Positions 27,218 to 36,893 of a DNA stretch of 64,000 nucleotides are shown here, piece after piece (position 1 is the stretch's first letter; each line of letters begins with the position of its first letter). Source of the stretch: a virus; IMG/VR virus record IMGVR_UViG_3300014501_000002, positions 32,001-96,000 of that record. One strand, 5' to 3'. The translations under genes were made by a program, and so were the position numbers. The notes under the pieces are model-generated. The model was not told the origin of the DNA and searched no databases. It saw only the letters and a list, made by a program, of their open reading frames with translations.

Positions 27218-27592
27218 CGTTTTCCTCCATGTGAATCGTCAGGATTCGTCTACGAGATTCATTATCCACGAGCGCGTTGAAGATGTCAAGCCATTTTTTC
27301 ATGTGTTTATTTGCCTCGTACATGTTGTGCACCTTCGGTTCGTCAAAAGTCGAGGTCCACGGCTCACCGACGCATTCTTCCGTGTGGAACCGGACGTCGA
27401 ACTTCACAGAGTTTTCCGAATTGCAGTAAAAAGACGATTCAAGGCATCGGCGTGATTTTGTGCGTCGTCCTTTAAACCGTATTTTATGCTACTCACAAAT
27501 CCACCTGATCCGATCACCACCCACGTGCTGCCTTCCCCGCAATTCGGACAACCTAGATGTTCATGCTGAACTTCGTATTTACCAGAGGTCAT
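27198..27592 (-). CDS. Two small hypothetical genes (27198..27407, 27404..27592)
   Basis: Overlapping junctions; second has CPNC. Confidence 0.55.
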
Positions 27593-27977
27593 GGAACGCT
27601 CCTTGTTTAGCTTTATCCATCATGCAATCCTGAAAAGCTACGCCGTGATCACCATCGGGCAACGGTTGCTCTACGTTCTCTTCGACCCACACGTGGCACA
27701 TTTCGTGGATCAGGCTCTCCTGCGTCGTAACCGTCGCGAGATTCGTCACCGTGTCGATCTGAATTACATAGCGCTGGTCTATGACGCTGGTCAGCCCCAT
27801 TGCTTTCCGCGACGTTAAATCGTCCCACTTAACGATTGTGTTCTGTGGCAGACTGTCCCCGAAGTACCGGATATTGTACCAAGCGTACCACGGTTGCAGC
27901 GCCAGGCGTTCCGGGCGGGCGTACAGTGCGGCGCCCATGAGAACGGACAGTATCGCGAGCATCCGAAGCATCTTCAT
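27579..27977 (-). CDS. SprT-like zincin metalloprotease with signal peptide
   Basis: YNxxYF, HEMCH, HGxxF; N-terminal MKMLRMLAILSVLMGAALYA. Confidence 0.75.
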   Translation of the reverse strand: MKMLRMLAILSVLMGAALYARPERLALQPWYAWYNIRYFGDSLPQNTIVKWDDLTSRKAMGLTSVIDQRYVIQIDTVTNLATVTTQESLIHEMCHVWVEENVEQPLPDGDHGVAFQDCMMDKAKQGAFHDLW

Positions 27978-28225
27978 ACGGACCAGTTGTACTTGATCAC
28001 AGGAACCGGAACCGCCACGGATTCCGCGACGCTAAATACCCCGTATTCCTCATGCCGGTTTAAAATGAACGCATTCGTGTATTTGCACGGATAGGATTCT
28101 AAGTGCTCCCGAGCCTCGACTGCGGACCTAAAATTTCCTAGGGTGCGGAATCTATTGCACAAAATTTCGTTGTTCGGATCGTAAATAATTAACGCAAATT
28201 GCTTGATTGCTCCATTGTCTCTCAT
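27974..28225 (-). CDS. Hypothetical protein
   Basis: GGAGG RBS, ATGA coupling. Confidence 0.6.
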   Translation of the reverse strand: MRDNGAIKQFALIIYDPNNEILCNRFRTLGNFRSAVEAREHLESYPCKYTNAFILNRHEEYGVFSVAESVAVPVPVIKYNWSV

Positions 28226-28234
28226 GGTTCCTCC

Positions 28235-28597
28235 TTAGAGTAAATTGTCGTACGCGCCGATTCGAATCAACCGACGTTTGTTCGCTTCGAAAGTCTCATC
28301 ATGATGCACATGCAACCCGGCCGCCAGATGGAGCATTTCATGCTGCAGGACGATGAACACGATCCTCCGGCCGCAGTTCCATACCGCCTTGCTGAACGTG
28401 ATCTTATAGTACAGCAACGCGTGCGCCTGATCAGCCATGCGTGCACACTCTCCGGACTGGCCGTAACCCATTCGATCCACTCCGAAGGTTACGTTCTTCG
28501 GTAGCGAGTCCGAGAAGCACATCCGATTGATCTGTGCGTACCGCCGTTGCACATCCTTAACTGTTACTCGGCGTACTCGCTTCCGTGGTTTGACCAT
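28235..28597 (-). CDS. SprT-like zincin metalloprotease, cytoplasmic
   Basis: INxxCF, HEMLH, HxxxF. Confidence 0.7.
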   Translation of the reverse strand: MVKPRKRVRRVTVKDVQRRYAQINRMCFSDSLPKNVTFGVDRMGYGQSGECARMADQAHALLYYKITFSKAVWNCGRRIVFIVLQHEMLHLAAGLHVHHDETFEANKRRLIRIGAYDNLL

Positions 28598-28787
28598 GTT
28601 CCTCCTTGTCTTCGGGCCAGATTTGGGGAATCAGGAGCCGCGTAATGTCTCGGCCGTCGTCACTTGTGAGTAGCGGCGCCGCGTACACGTTCTCTTTCAG
28701 GATCATGCCGCCGCGCTTGAACCGCTCTGGATACGCGTCCCAATTGTCTCCGTACCGCTCTTTCATTCTGTCGCCGATGTTGTCCAT
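28557..28787 (-). pseudogene. Internally deleted Thg1-like (tRNA-His guanylyltransferase) relic
   Basis: N-terminal IGDRMK joined directly to C-terminal NWxxYPxxFKRG; catalytic core absent; GGAGG RBS. Confidence 0.55.
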
Positions 28788-28797
28788 GATGCCTCCT

Positions 28798-29874
28798 TTA
28801 AATATTTGTGTCGAGCAGTGCGAGCAGTGCCACTTTCTCGTAATCTTGATATACGCTAAAGGCCGCACTGTCTCCTAATTTGAAAAGTGTCGTTGGTTCC
28901 TTGATTTGCTTGATCCCACCGTCTTCCACTGCCTTTAAAAATTTCTCCACGTAGCTCGTATTCTTGATATCGAATATCCGGGTGTAGTTCATCGTCGCGA
29001 ACTCCCGGAACCAACCGCTACACAGATTCGTACATATACGCATAAGCGCCCAATCGAATGCATCTTGCGAGTTGGAAATCTTCCCGCCCGCGAAAAGCAT
29101 CGGGATGATGCACCGTTCAAGAGCAATCACGTACGCCTCTTCGAGCACGCCTCGGCATTGGTCATCGATCGGTAACGCGAAGAACTTTTCCTTCGAACAT
29201 TTAACTGAGCCCTCGGGCTCGCCGTCCTTCTTGTAATACGTGAACATTGGGCGGGTTCGGTACGCCATGACCTGATGGATTTCATCGTGCACGAAAGTCT
29301 TGTTGGACACATTGTCGTTGAAGAATTCACCGGCCACTTTATTGAGACTCGGAGTCTTCAACTTCCCTTCGCACAATTCAGTCTCACCTTCTCGGATTTT
29401 GGTGATTAACGGGAGGCGGTCCACAAGTTGATATGGGCGGGCACCGGGATATCCACCAAGGTGTTCGTGCATGAGCATCAGGTCTTGAATGTGTTTCTTC
29501 CACGCGCGCGGGTAATGCCGGTGCGCTTTCTTGATCGAATACAGCACTTCCAACGGCGCGTAGATCATTTTGATCGGGGCACCATGCGCTCTGAACAAAT
29601 AGCGTGTGAATGGGTTTGTTTCCGCGACGTAACTCATGTACATTCTGCCGGATTCAGACTGGTGAAGCATTTCAAATTCAACAGTCACATTATTGGCATG
29701 CTCGAATCCTTGCCATTTGTACTCGGCGATTTGTTTTAGCGCGAGCCCGTTGCCGTCCGCGTAGTCGTTCATTTCCGCCTCGGTGCAGATTACGTCTAGG
29801 TCGGCGGGCACCCGAAACGGTTGCCTTAGACTGAACATAACCTGCGCCAGAGCGGTGCTACCGATTACGAGCAT
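28798..29874 (-). CDS. Putative Pol-beta-superfamily nucleotidyltransferase with His-rich helical C-domain
   Basis: N-terminal hhGS...DLD; IKKAH, KHxxD, HDEIH, EEAYVIALER. Confidence 0.55.
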   Translation of the reverse strand: MLVIGSTALAQVMFSLRQPFRVPADLDVICTEAEMNDYADGNGLALKQIAEYKWQGFEHANNVTVEFEMLHQSESGRMYMSYVAETNPFTRYLFRAHGAPIKMIYAPLEVLYSIKKAHRHYPRAWKKHIQDLMLMHEHLGGYPGARPYQLVDRLPLITKIREGETELCEGKLKTPSLNKVAGEFFNDNVSNKTFVHDEIHQVMAYRTRPMFTYYKKDGEPEGSVKCSKEKFFALPIDDQCRGVLEEAYVIALERCIIPMLFAGGKISNSQDAFDWALMRICTNLCSGWFREFATMNYTRIFDIKNTSYVEKFLKAVEDGGIKQIKEPTTLFKLGDSAAFSVYQDYEKVALLALLDTNI

Positions 29875-30443
29875 TAATAGCTCGGCTTGTACGACGAATT
29901 GTACGAATATTCCGTCGCCGTCCCGATTTCGGACTCCTTAAGGTCTTCCTCGTCGATATTGATGTTGAACGGAAGTCCGGCCGCGAGAGCGTCCCGGTTG
30001 AGCGCATAGATCAGTTCGGCCGTGGGCTCGCTGGTAACGTCGTTGTTCCGAAAATCGGCCAGGATTTTATCCAGCCGCTTGTACGCCTCGATGATTGTGA
30101 GTTTCTTGGGTGCCATGTATTCCTCCTTTGGTTTCGATAGAATTTTATTCAAGTTCCCGAGAAAAGTCAACATGTAAGATGGTGCGTCGTGCATCGTTGA
30201 CAAATTCGGCATAGACTCTTTCAGTTCGGTCATGGTGAGTTGCCGGTAGCCGATCAACTTGGACAGGTAGTCCTTGTCAACCAATTCTATGCCGTCCGGA
30301 GCGATGATTATCGGCACACTGAATGTCATGTTCAGTATCTTACCTGCCTTCTTTAGTCTCTCGGCGGCTTCGGACGTCTTGACTACCAGGATATCTCCCG
30401 GCGCCAACTTAAGCTGTTTTACTTCGTGAGTAGTCACGGTCAT
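29874..30443 (-). CDS. Hypothetical protein, possibly a fusion of two small genes
   Basis: Coupled ORF; internal AGGAGG + ATG (MAPKKL) near 30116. Confidence 0.55.
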   Translation of the reverse strand: MTVTTHEVKQLKLAPGDILVVKTSEAAERLKKAGKILNMTFSVPIIIAPDGIELVDKDYLSKLIGYRQLTMTELKESMPNLSTMHDAPSYMLTFLGNLNKILSKPKEEYMAPKKLTIIEAYKRLDKILADFRNNDVTSEPTAELIYALNRDALAAGLPFNINIDEEDLKESEIGTATEYSYNSSYKPSY

Positions 30444-30667
30444 AGCCCTTCCTTTTCCACGCGTCGTTGTACTTCCTTAATGTGTTCACATTTCATGCGT
30501 GGATGAAACATCTTGTGCGTACAGTCGCACCGGAACGTGAGCCCAGTACCCCGACGGCTGGCCGTCACTAGATGACGGCTTAGGGGATTCGATCGGGATT
30601 CGGTCTCCGCGTAAAGCACGATCCCCGATTTGGCATCCTTCGCTCTCTTGAACCGATAAATTTTCAT
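30440..30667 (-). CDS. SWIM zinc-finger protein
   Basis: CxC-x9-CxH (CDCTHKMFHPRMKCEH). Confidence 0.7.
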   Translation of the reverse strand: MKIYRFKRAKDAKSGIVLYAETESRSNPLSRHLVTASRRGTGLTFRCDCTHKMFHPRMKCEHIKEVQRRVEKEGL

Positions 30668-30683
30668 GTGCCCTCCATCACCG

Positions 30684-30712
30684 AGTCTATGTTAATTTCG
30701 AACCCTTGTCAA
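30684..30712 (-). promoter_or_regulatory. Sigma70-type promoter
   Basis: TTGACA-17-TAGACT. Confidence 0.7.
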
Positions 30713-31308
30713 GCTTTTTCTTCATCTCTCGTTATTTCGGCCCCGACATACCTGCCGCCGATTTCAGTCGTCGAAGACAAATATTCTACGCTCCCGGCGA
30801 CCGCAGCTTCTGTTCGCGCTTCAATCTCATCATACGACATGCCGTCCGGATCAACCCATTTTCCATCTGTGGTCGACACAAACTTGAATATGCCGTGCGG
30901 GTCCGTATCCCATCCACCGCGATTTAAGTATTCCACGGCGATTTCCTCAACCTGGCCGAGGTAGTTCGTCGGGCACGTGTGTTCATTATAGTGGTATCGT
31001 TGATGTTCGGCATACTCTTCTAGGCTATCTTTCTGGCAATGCCTGTATTTCCACGCGTTCAGTGTGAGTCGGATTCTTGGAACCGTATCAGACATAAGAA
31101 CCACCGTGACTGGTGTCTCTACTTCGCCGCTCGGAGACACTGTCATTTCTACGAACGCGCCCAACCGTTTTCCTCGGACGTACACGTGACATTGATTGCA
31201 GGCCCAGGGACCGAAAGCGGAGTTGGCCGGTATCTGGTCGATCTGGAATTCTCCATCCTTGCAGTTCGGGCATTGCGCATACAGCTTCACAATCGGTCGC
31301 GTGACCAT
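30709..31308 (-). CDS. Zinc-ribbon hypothetical protein
   Basis: CPNC...CNQC; YNEHTCPTN. Confidence 0.65.
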   Translation of the reverse strand: MVTRPIVKLYAQCPNCKDGEFQIDQIPANSAFGPWACNQCHVYVRGKRLGAFVEMTVSPSGEVETPVTVVLMSDTVPRIRLTLNAWKYRHCQKDSLEEYAEHQRYHYNEHTCPTNYLGQVEEIAVEYLNRGGWDTDPHGIFKFVSTTDGKWVDPDGMSYDEIEARTEAAVAGSVEYLSSTTEIGGRYVGAEITRDEEKA

Positions 31309-31687
31309 CAGTATTTCCTCACGCGCAAAAGAGCATGAAGTTCCTTTAAGAGCTCAGCACGACCGGCTTCCATAGCTCGGTCGAGAAGCACCGCGATTTC
31401 TTCGGTGACCTTGACAGTAACCGTGTTGTTACTTTCGGGAGAGTATGTATACGTGCACTGCCAGTCATTCAATTCTGGACCCGCTTTGTAAATTTGGAAC
31501 GTCATAATTCCTCCACTTCGATCACTTCGAATTTGTTTCCTGATTCTTCGATGTCATACCACGTGCGTAAGCAACGGGTGCACACATTGTCGGACAGCGA
31601 ATGCCTGTACGTCGTGATCTTCTTACCGTCCGCGGTATACGTTAGTTTACGCGCGCACGGACTTTCGAATCTAAGTTCTCCAGTCAT
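31308..31687 (-). CDS. Two small hypothetical genes (31308..31505, 31502..31687)
   Basis: Coupled junctions. Confidence 0.6.
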
Positions 31688-32022
31688 TATTCCACCTTTC
31701 CGAGTGTCCGGGAATACTCTTTATATTTTTCGATCTTATCCCACTTAGCGTTCTTAATCTTCACCAATTCTATAGGGCTCACAGACGGGATCTCTCCGCA
31801 AAATGTTAGAAAATCGATTATCGCGAGAAGATCGTTGATTTCGCCACGCAGCCGCTGCGCATTGGTCTTCCTCATTTCATCCGTCATCGCTCGGCCCGCA
31901 TTGATTACGTTCGTCGCCTGGGATTCCTCGGCGCCGAATTGAATCTGTTTCAGGGCACGCTGTGCAACTTCGGTGCACTCTTCGGCAAGCTTCGTGAGTA
32001 AGAACTGTGCGTGATCAAGCAT
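31687..32022 (-). CDS. MazG-like all-alpha NTP pyrophosphatase
   Basis: KLAEECTEV and EINDL acidic motifs (EExxE...ExxD). Confidence 0.65.
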   Translation of the reverse strand: MLDHAQFLLTKLAEECTEVAQRALKQIQFGAEESQATNVINAGRAMTDEMRKTNAQRLRGEINDLLAIIDFLTFCGEIPSVSPIELVKIKNAKWDKIEKYKEYSRTLGKVE

Positions 32023-32140
32023 TATTTAATCTCCTTGTCGCGGGCCTTCACGATTGTAAGGCACGGTTTGCAGTACACGAAACGGCCGTACTTAACCTTC
32101 TCGCCTTCGATGATTTTGGTACAGCGTGCGCAGCCCTGGT

Positions 32141-32362
32141 TCATTGGCGGCTTTCCAGGTCGACATACGTGGTGGGTATGTGGTACGACGATCCCGTTTT
32201 GTCCCAGCCACCACGAATCTCACCGCTCTGCTGGTCGATGATTTCCACGTAATGTTGCTTCGGACGACCGACTTTCTTTGCGGCCATCCACAACTCGTTC
32301 GCGCGTGGATTCTTGCGCTTGGTGTGATCCTTGGACTTCCCTACTCTGATATCGGTTGTCAT
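32141..32362 (-). CDS. Hypothetical protein
   Basis: TAATG coupling to pentapeptide gene. Confidence 0.55.
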   Translation of the reverse strand: MTTDIRVGKSKDHTKRKNPRANELWMAAKKVGRPKQHYVEIIDQQSGEIRGGWDKTGSSYHIPTTYVDLESRQ

Positions 32363-32979
32363 TAGTATCTCTCTGCCTCAAGACGAGTAATGAAGAAATG
32401 AATGCCTCCGCCGCATTCTTCCCAGCGATTCTCATCCCACTGACCGCACTTTACAATCTGTCCCTTTCGATATTCAGTAAATCCGTCATGTTTAGAGATT
32501 CCGACTTCTCCACCGAAGACCTGAAGTACCTGAACGTATTCAGCCCGGCATTTTCGACTTGTAGAATTAGACCTTCGAGCCTTTTGAGGAACTAAAACTT
32601 TCACGATGATATCATTCCGACATTTCTTCCATCCCACCAAGTTGCCCTCTGGAAGCAGAGTTGTAACGGCTGCCGCGTATTCAAAGTTTTTGGCGAATTG
32701 CAAGTTGGCGAATTGCAAGTTGGCGAATTGCAAGTTGGCGAATTGCAAGTCGGCGAATTGCAAGTTGGCGAATTGCAAGTCGGCGGATCGCAAGTTGGCG
32801 AATCGCAAGTCGGCGGATCGCAAGTCGGCGGATCGCAAGTCGGCGGATCGCAAGTCGGCGGATCGCAAGTCGGCGGATCGCAAGTCTATTTTTGCCTTAA
32901 TCGCTTCTAATACTAATTCTTTTACTGTGCTGACTGCAGCTGAGAATAGTACGTCTCCAAATATATTTTTAAGATCCAT
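32362..32979 (-). CDS. Pentapeptide repeat protein with Cys-containing C-domain (DUF5758-like)
   Basis: (S/F)A(D/N)L(R/Q) repeats; GWKK, RKCRAE, ECGGGIHFF. Confidence 0.85.
   Translation of the reverse strand: MDLKNIFGDVLFSAAVSTVKELVLEAIKAKIDLRSADLRSADLRSADLRSADLRSADLRFANLRSADLQFANLQFADLQFANLQFANLQFANLQFAKNFEYAAAVTTLLPEGNLVGWKKCRNDIIVKVLVPQKARRSNSTSRKCRAEYVQVLQVFGGEVGISKHDGFTEYRKGQIVKCGQWDENRWEECGGGIHFFITRLEAERY
32691..32886. repeat. Tandem 15-bp repeat, about 13 units
   Basis: GGCGAATTGCAAGTT grading to GGCGGATCGCAAGTC. Confidence 0.95.
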
Positions 32980-33116
32980 TAGGTGTCCTCCTAGAATTTT
33001 GTGGTGGCGAAGGTTGTGCCCGTAACAGGTCCAATTGGGTCTAAAGGCCCAATGAATCTACAGCGGCGTCTTCGCCCGTCCGAGTGCTACTCGGCGACTC
33101 CCACAACTGAATAGTC

Positions 33117-34583
33117 TCAAATTTCTTTCTTCTTGTCAAGCAAATTATCGGCGCGCTCCTGCTTCGCTACGAGCATCTGAACTTGTCGCTCGGACAGCGA
33201 ACCCTCCATGACTAGATGCTTGTACATGACTTGCTCAGTCTGACCGCGCCGGTGAATGCGATCTTCCATTTGCGTTACGTCACCGGGGACAAAAGATCGC
33301 TCCGGGAAGATCATTAATTTGCTAGCCGTCATGGTGAATCCTACGCCTCCCGCGCCGATCGTACAAACCAGGACCGTGAATCCCGGATCGGTTTGAAACC
33401 AATCAACAATCGCCTGCCTGGTTTTCGCGGGAACCTCGCCGGTGATCAGCAGAGACTTGCTTCCGAACGCGTCGGCGATTTTCTGCGCAACTTCTTTGTG
33501 GTAGCAGGCTATAACAATCTTGTTATATTCTTCCAAATCCGATTCCGCTATTTCTATGCACGGGTCGACCATCACTAGCCCGACTTCCAACATCTTCGTG
33601 CTGAATCCACCGAAATCGGTCTCCAGAAGTAATTCCTCGCGGCCCTTGGCGTACGCGTCGTACTCCTTCATCTGCTTGTCCAGAACCTTGCGCAGCGCCT
33701 TGCCCGGTTGGATGGGCACGATCATCCGCCGCTTCGGCTTAAGCTGCGGCATGATATCGGCCTTGAGGCGCCGGATCATGAACTTTGCGCGCATGTACTC
33801 CTGCAACTCTTGCTCGTTTTCACAGCCATCCCACATCCATCCGACGTGCGTCTCTTTGCGCTGCCCGTTGACAAATTCGAAACCGGTGATTTCCTGCAGG
33901 CTGCAATAACGCTTCGCGTAAGTGAACCAGTCCGCGCCTAGGCCGGTCGGGTCCATGACCTGAATCAGGTTCCACAATTCCTTTGGCTTGCCGTTCAGCG
34001 TAGGCGTGCCGGTAAGGCAGAGTTGTCGCTTGCAGGGGATTGGCGACACGCGCTCTACGATCTTCTTGGTGGAACTGTCTCGGCGGATGCCGCCCCACGT
34101 CTCGCGCGTGCGATCCGCTTTCTTGGACTTCAGCTTGTGCACTTCGTCGATAATCATCAAGTCCCACGGCTGCGCGCGCAACGGGGCTCGGTAGGCCTTC
34201 AAAATTTCATAATTTACTATACATACGTCGGTCCCAGGAAACGTTCCGTGAATGCCTTCCGCTATACCGACACTGAGGCCTTTGATGTCCCACTTGAGAA
34301 ATTCGCGACGCCAGTGCGGTTTTAGGAAGCCGGGGCAGATGATCAGGACGCGACGAATGTCTAGGAGCAGGTTGCATAGGCCGATCGCCTGGATCGTTTT
34401 CCCGGAGCCTGGGTCATCGCCGTTGAGGGAGTTTTGACGCAGCGAAGAGTATTCAATTCCGGCTATTTGATATGGGTCGTACGAGAGCCCGGACGGGCAA
34501 GGAACAACAAGGTCAGAGGTGAGCGCGCGACTTGGATCGCGGCGAGCAGCGGCGAGGCCGCGGATGTGCTTCAAACGAATCAA
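33117..34583 (-). CDS. SNF2-family helicase (SMARCAL1/HARP-like)
   Basis: DDPGSGKT, DEVH, LTGTP, MIRRLK, QMEDRIHRRGQ. Confidence 0.9.
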   Translation of the reverse strand: MIRLKHIRGLAAARRDPSRALTSDLVVPCPSGLSYDPYQIAGIEYSSLRQNSLNGDDPGSGKTIQAIGLCNLLLDIRRVLIICPGFLKPHWRREFLKWDIKGLSVGIAEGIHGTFPGTDVCIVNYEILKAYRAPLRAQPWDLMIIDEVHKLKSKKADRTRETWGGIRRDSSTKKIVERVSPIPCKRQLCLTGTPTLNGKPKELWNLIQVMDPTGLGADWFTYAKRYCSLQEITGFEFVNGQRKETHVGWMWDGCENEQELQEYMRAKFMIRRLKADIMPQLKPKRRMIVPIQPGKALRKVLDKQMKEYDAYAKGREELLLETDFGGFSTKMLEVGLVMVDPCIEIAESDLEEYNKIVIACYHKEVAQKIADAFGSKSLLITGEVPAKTRQAIVDWFQTDPGFTVLVCTIGAGGVGFTMTASKLMIFPERSFVPGDVTQMEDRIHRRGQTEQVMYKHLVMEGSLSERQVQMLVAKQERADNLLDKKKEI

Positions 34584-35957
34584 CGGCGTTTTCTCTTCCT
34601 GAATTTCTGTATCGCTCTATGAAGCACCGGGTCGGTGAAGCTTAAGTAGTCATGCCATTCGCCAATCACGGCATCAGTCCACGTGCTTTCGATCAGGAAG
34701 ATGCGGCCACGGTCTAGGATGTATTGTTGCAGTTCAGTTAGTTTCATAGCCAGCCTAGCGTAGTCGCGAGATTCGCGCATTGGGTGCAGTCCTTCGCTTC
34801 GCCCGAGTGGTTCAGGTCGTTGTGCAGTTTCGTGATTGCTTGCTCGCGAGTCTCGCTCATGCCTGCGGACCCCAAGCTTCCTGTTTAGCTTTCTCAAGAA
34901 GTTCCTCAAGCTCGACGATTTTATCGATCGCCTGCATGAATGCCTCAGTCGTGTACCAGTTCTCGAAAAGAGTGCGGTTCTCATGGCTTCCAGAATCGCG
35001 GCCTAGCTCGACAGCCTCGGACTTCCCCGGTCGCAGTCTCCGATGACGTGCGTAATAAAGATTGTTCACAACTTCGAATCGTGCAGTGTAGTTGGCCATT
35101 ATTTTACCTCCTGAGAGTATCCGCGAAACACATCTTGGATCGCCGGTTCGAATTTTCCCTTCCGGTTTTTCCAGACGTACACGCCCTGTGCCTCTAAATA
35201 CTTCAGCGCGTGGCGACATCGGTAACACAAGCCACATCGAGTACACTGATACTCTATCAGACATCCGCAGCTTTGTCTAGCGTTCATTATCTTCGGCCCA
35301 TATGGTTATCCGGGCGATGTCACTCGACGGAATGAATGTGACCGCCGCACTCGCGCCTTGGTCGACCCAGAACCCGTGTTTGCGCATGCTCTTCACGGTG
35401 CTCGCGGTATGGTCGATGGGTAGGTCCACGGGAATGCTGACCGGGAACCCGTCGTCGTAGTGGTCGCGCAGATATACAATCGCCCGGACCCGCTTGGGCC
35501 TATGTGCCAGGATTAAGGCCTCCATCCGCGAGCTTAACTTTCGGGTAGGACAGTTCCGGGCGCACTTCTGTCCTTTACAAACTAGCGCGTGCGCCTCGTA
35601 CATCACAATCTCGGCATGAACTTGTTTTTTGTCCGCCTCCAATCCTCTCTTCTTGGACTCCAATGCGCGTTTCTTGATCAGGTCTCTTCGACGTCGCGCA
35701 GCGTTCATTTAGGCCTCCTCGTGACAACTACATTCACATCCCATCCTCTTGCGGTCTCTGCATCCGCAGTTTTGGCAGGCGATCTTGCCAGGCGTGTCTA
35801 TCATCGTACTTGTGCTCGATTTCGCAACATCCTTTTCTGTGAACCGATACGGTTGAACAATCCAATTGCCGCCGCAACTACAATCTAAATCCAGTTCTCG
35901 CTGGCGTTCAGACTCTATTGCGTCACAGTCTTCGCAAATAAATGGGTCGGGGATCAT
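34580..35957 (-). CDS. Run of small hypothetical genes (about 34580..34748, 34745..34860, 34857..35098, 35099..35287, 35277..35708, 35709..35957), several Cys-rich
   Basis: Abutting ORFs; starts adjusted from ORF track to avoid long overlaps. Confidence 0.55.
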
Positions 35958-36550
35958 ATGCTTCTCCTAAGCCGAATACGCTTCGGCAATCTCTCATCTT
36001 GCAAACCGTTTCCTACTTCGTCTGATGCCGCTAAATTGGTAATCTCATCGATCATTCCGAGACTGAACATGACGGATGATAACGAGCCGAACGATACATT
36101 CTCACCGGCCTCAATCTTTGTTAACGTCTGTCTAGTTATTCCGGCTCGTTCAGATAATAACTTCATAGGAATGCCCCGACGTTTTCTAGCGTTTCCAATT
36201 TGCTCTCCAACTAGGCGTAAAGCACGCTGAACAGGAATTGGAAGAGGCGCCCTTGGACCCATTCTAGGATTTCCCCCAATCCCGCCCTGCCTCAGATTAT
36301 AGCATTTCTCGTTGCCCAGAGTATCTTTGATGATTTTTCTTTCGTGTTCGTATGCCTCTTCTTTAAGCTGATAAGTTTTAACCGTACTTTTCTTAAACGC
36401 CTGAGCGCCATACCGGCGAATCGCTTTACGTAGCGCTGAACCGGACCCTAAATAATTGTCATCCACCTGAGAAGTTTTGTGGACCCCGTAATAAAACTCG
36501 TCGGTTATAAGGTTTGTTGTCATATAGACTTCGTAGAAAAAATTTAGCAT
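35954..36550 (-). CDS. GIY-YIG (Seg-like) nuclease domain fused to XRE/HipB-like helix-turn-helix
   Basis: VYMTTN...YYGVH...YLGSG...YNL..GG then ARKRRG...LSERAGITRQTLTKIEAG...LPKRIR. Confidence 0.75.
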   Translation of the reverse strand: MLNFFYEVYMTTNLITDEFYYGVHKTSQVDDNYLGSGSALRKAIRRYGAQAFKKSTVKTYQLKEEAYEHERKIIKDTLGNEKCYNLRQGGIGGNPRMGPRAPLPIPVQRALRLVGEQIGNARKRRGIPMKLLSERAGITRQTLTKIEAGENVSFGSLSSVMFSLGMIDEITNLAASDEVGNGLQDERLPKRIRLRRSI

Positions 36551-36686
36551 ATCTTATTCCTTATCCACATCCACGTGAGTTGCGCCTGCATAACCAATCC
36601 TTGCCAGGACGCAGCGATCATCGGCCAGTTGTCCGTCCTCAAAATACCGTGCTGAGGACACAGAAAAAATTCGAAAAGTTGATTCA

Positions 36687-36893
36687 TTAGCACATCCATC
36701 CATTCGAAAGCTTCTTCATGACTTCCATGAGCCCGTCGAGTTCCCTAGCGATCAACATCGCCGTATCGTAACCGATTTCCTCAAGCGTTAGTTCGTCCTG
36801 AATCTTTGTCATCCTATAAACAGATTTCGTCGTAAACCGAAACCAACCTAAATTATCGACGTACAAATCCGCAATAAGCGTCTCATCTGTCAT
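36687..36893 (-). CDS. Hypothetical protein
   Basis: ATGA coupling to ligase. Confidence 0.55.
   Translation of the reverse strand: MTDETLIADLYVDNLGWFRFTTKSVYRMTKIQDELTLEEIGYDTAMLIARELDGLMEVMKKLSNGWMC

Noticed and set aside
32691-32886. CRISPR array
   Set aside because: Contiguous 15-bp coding repeats with no spacers
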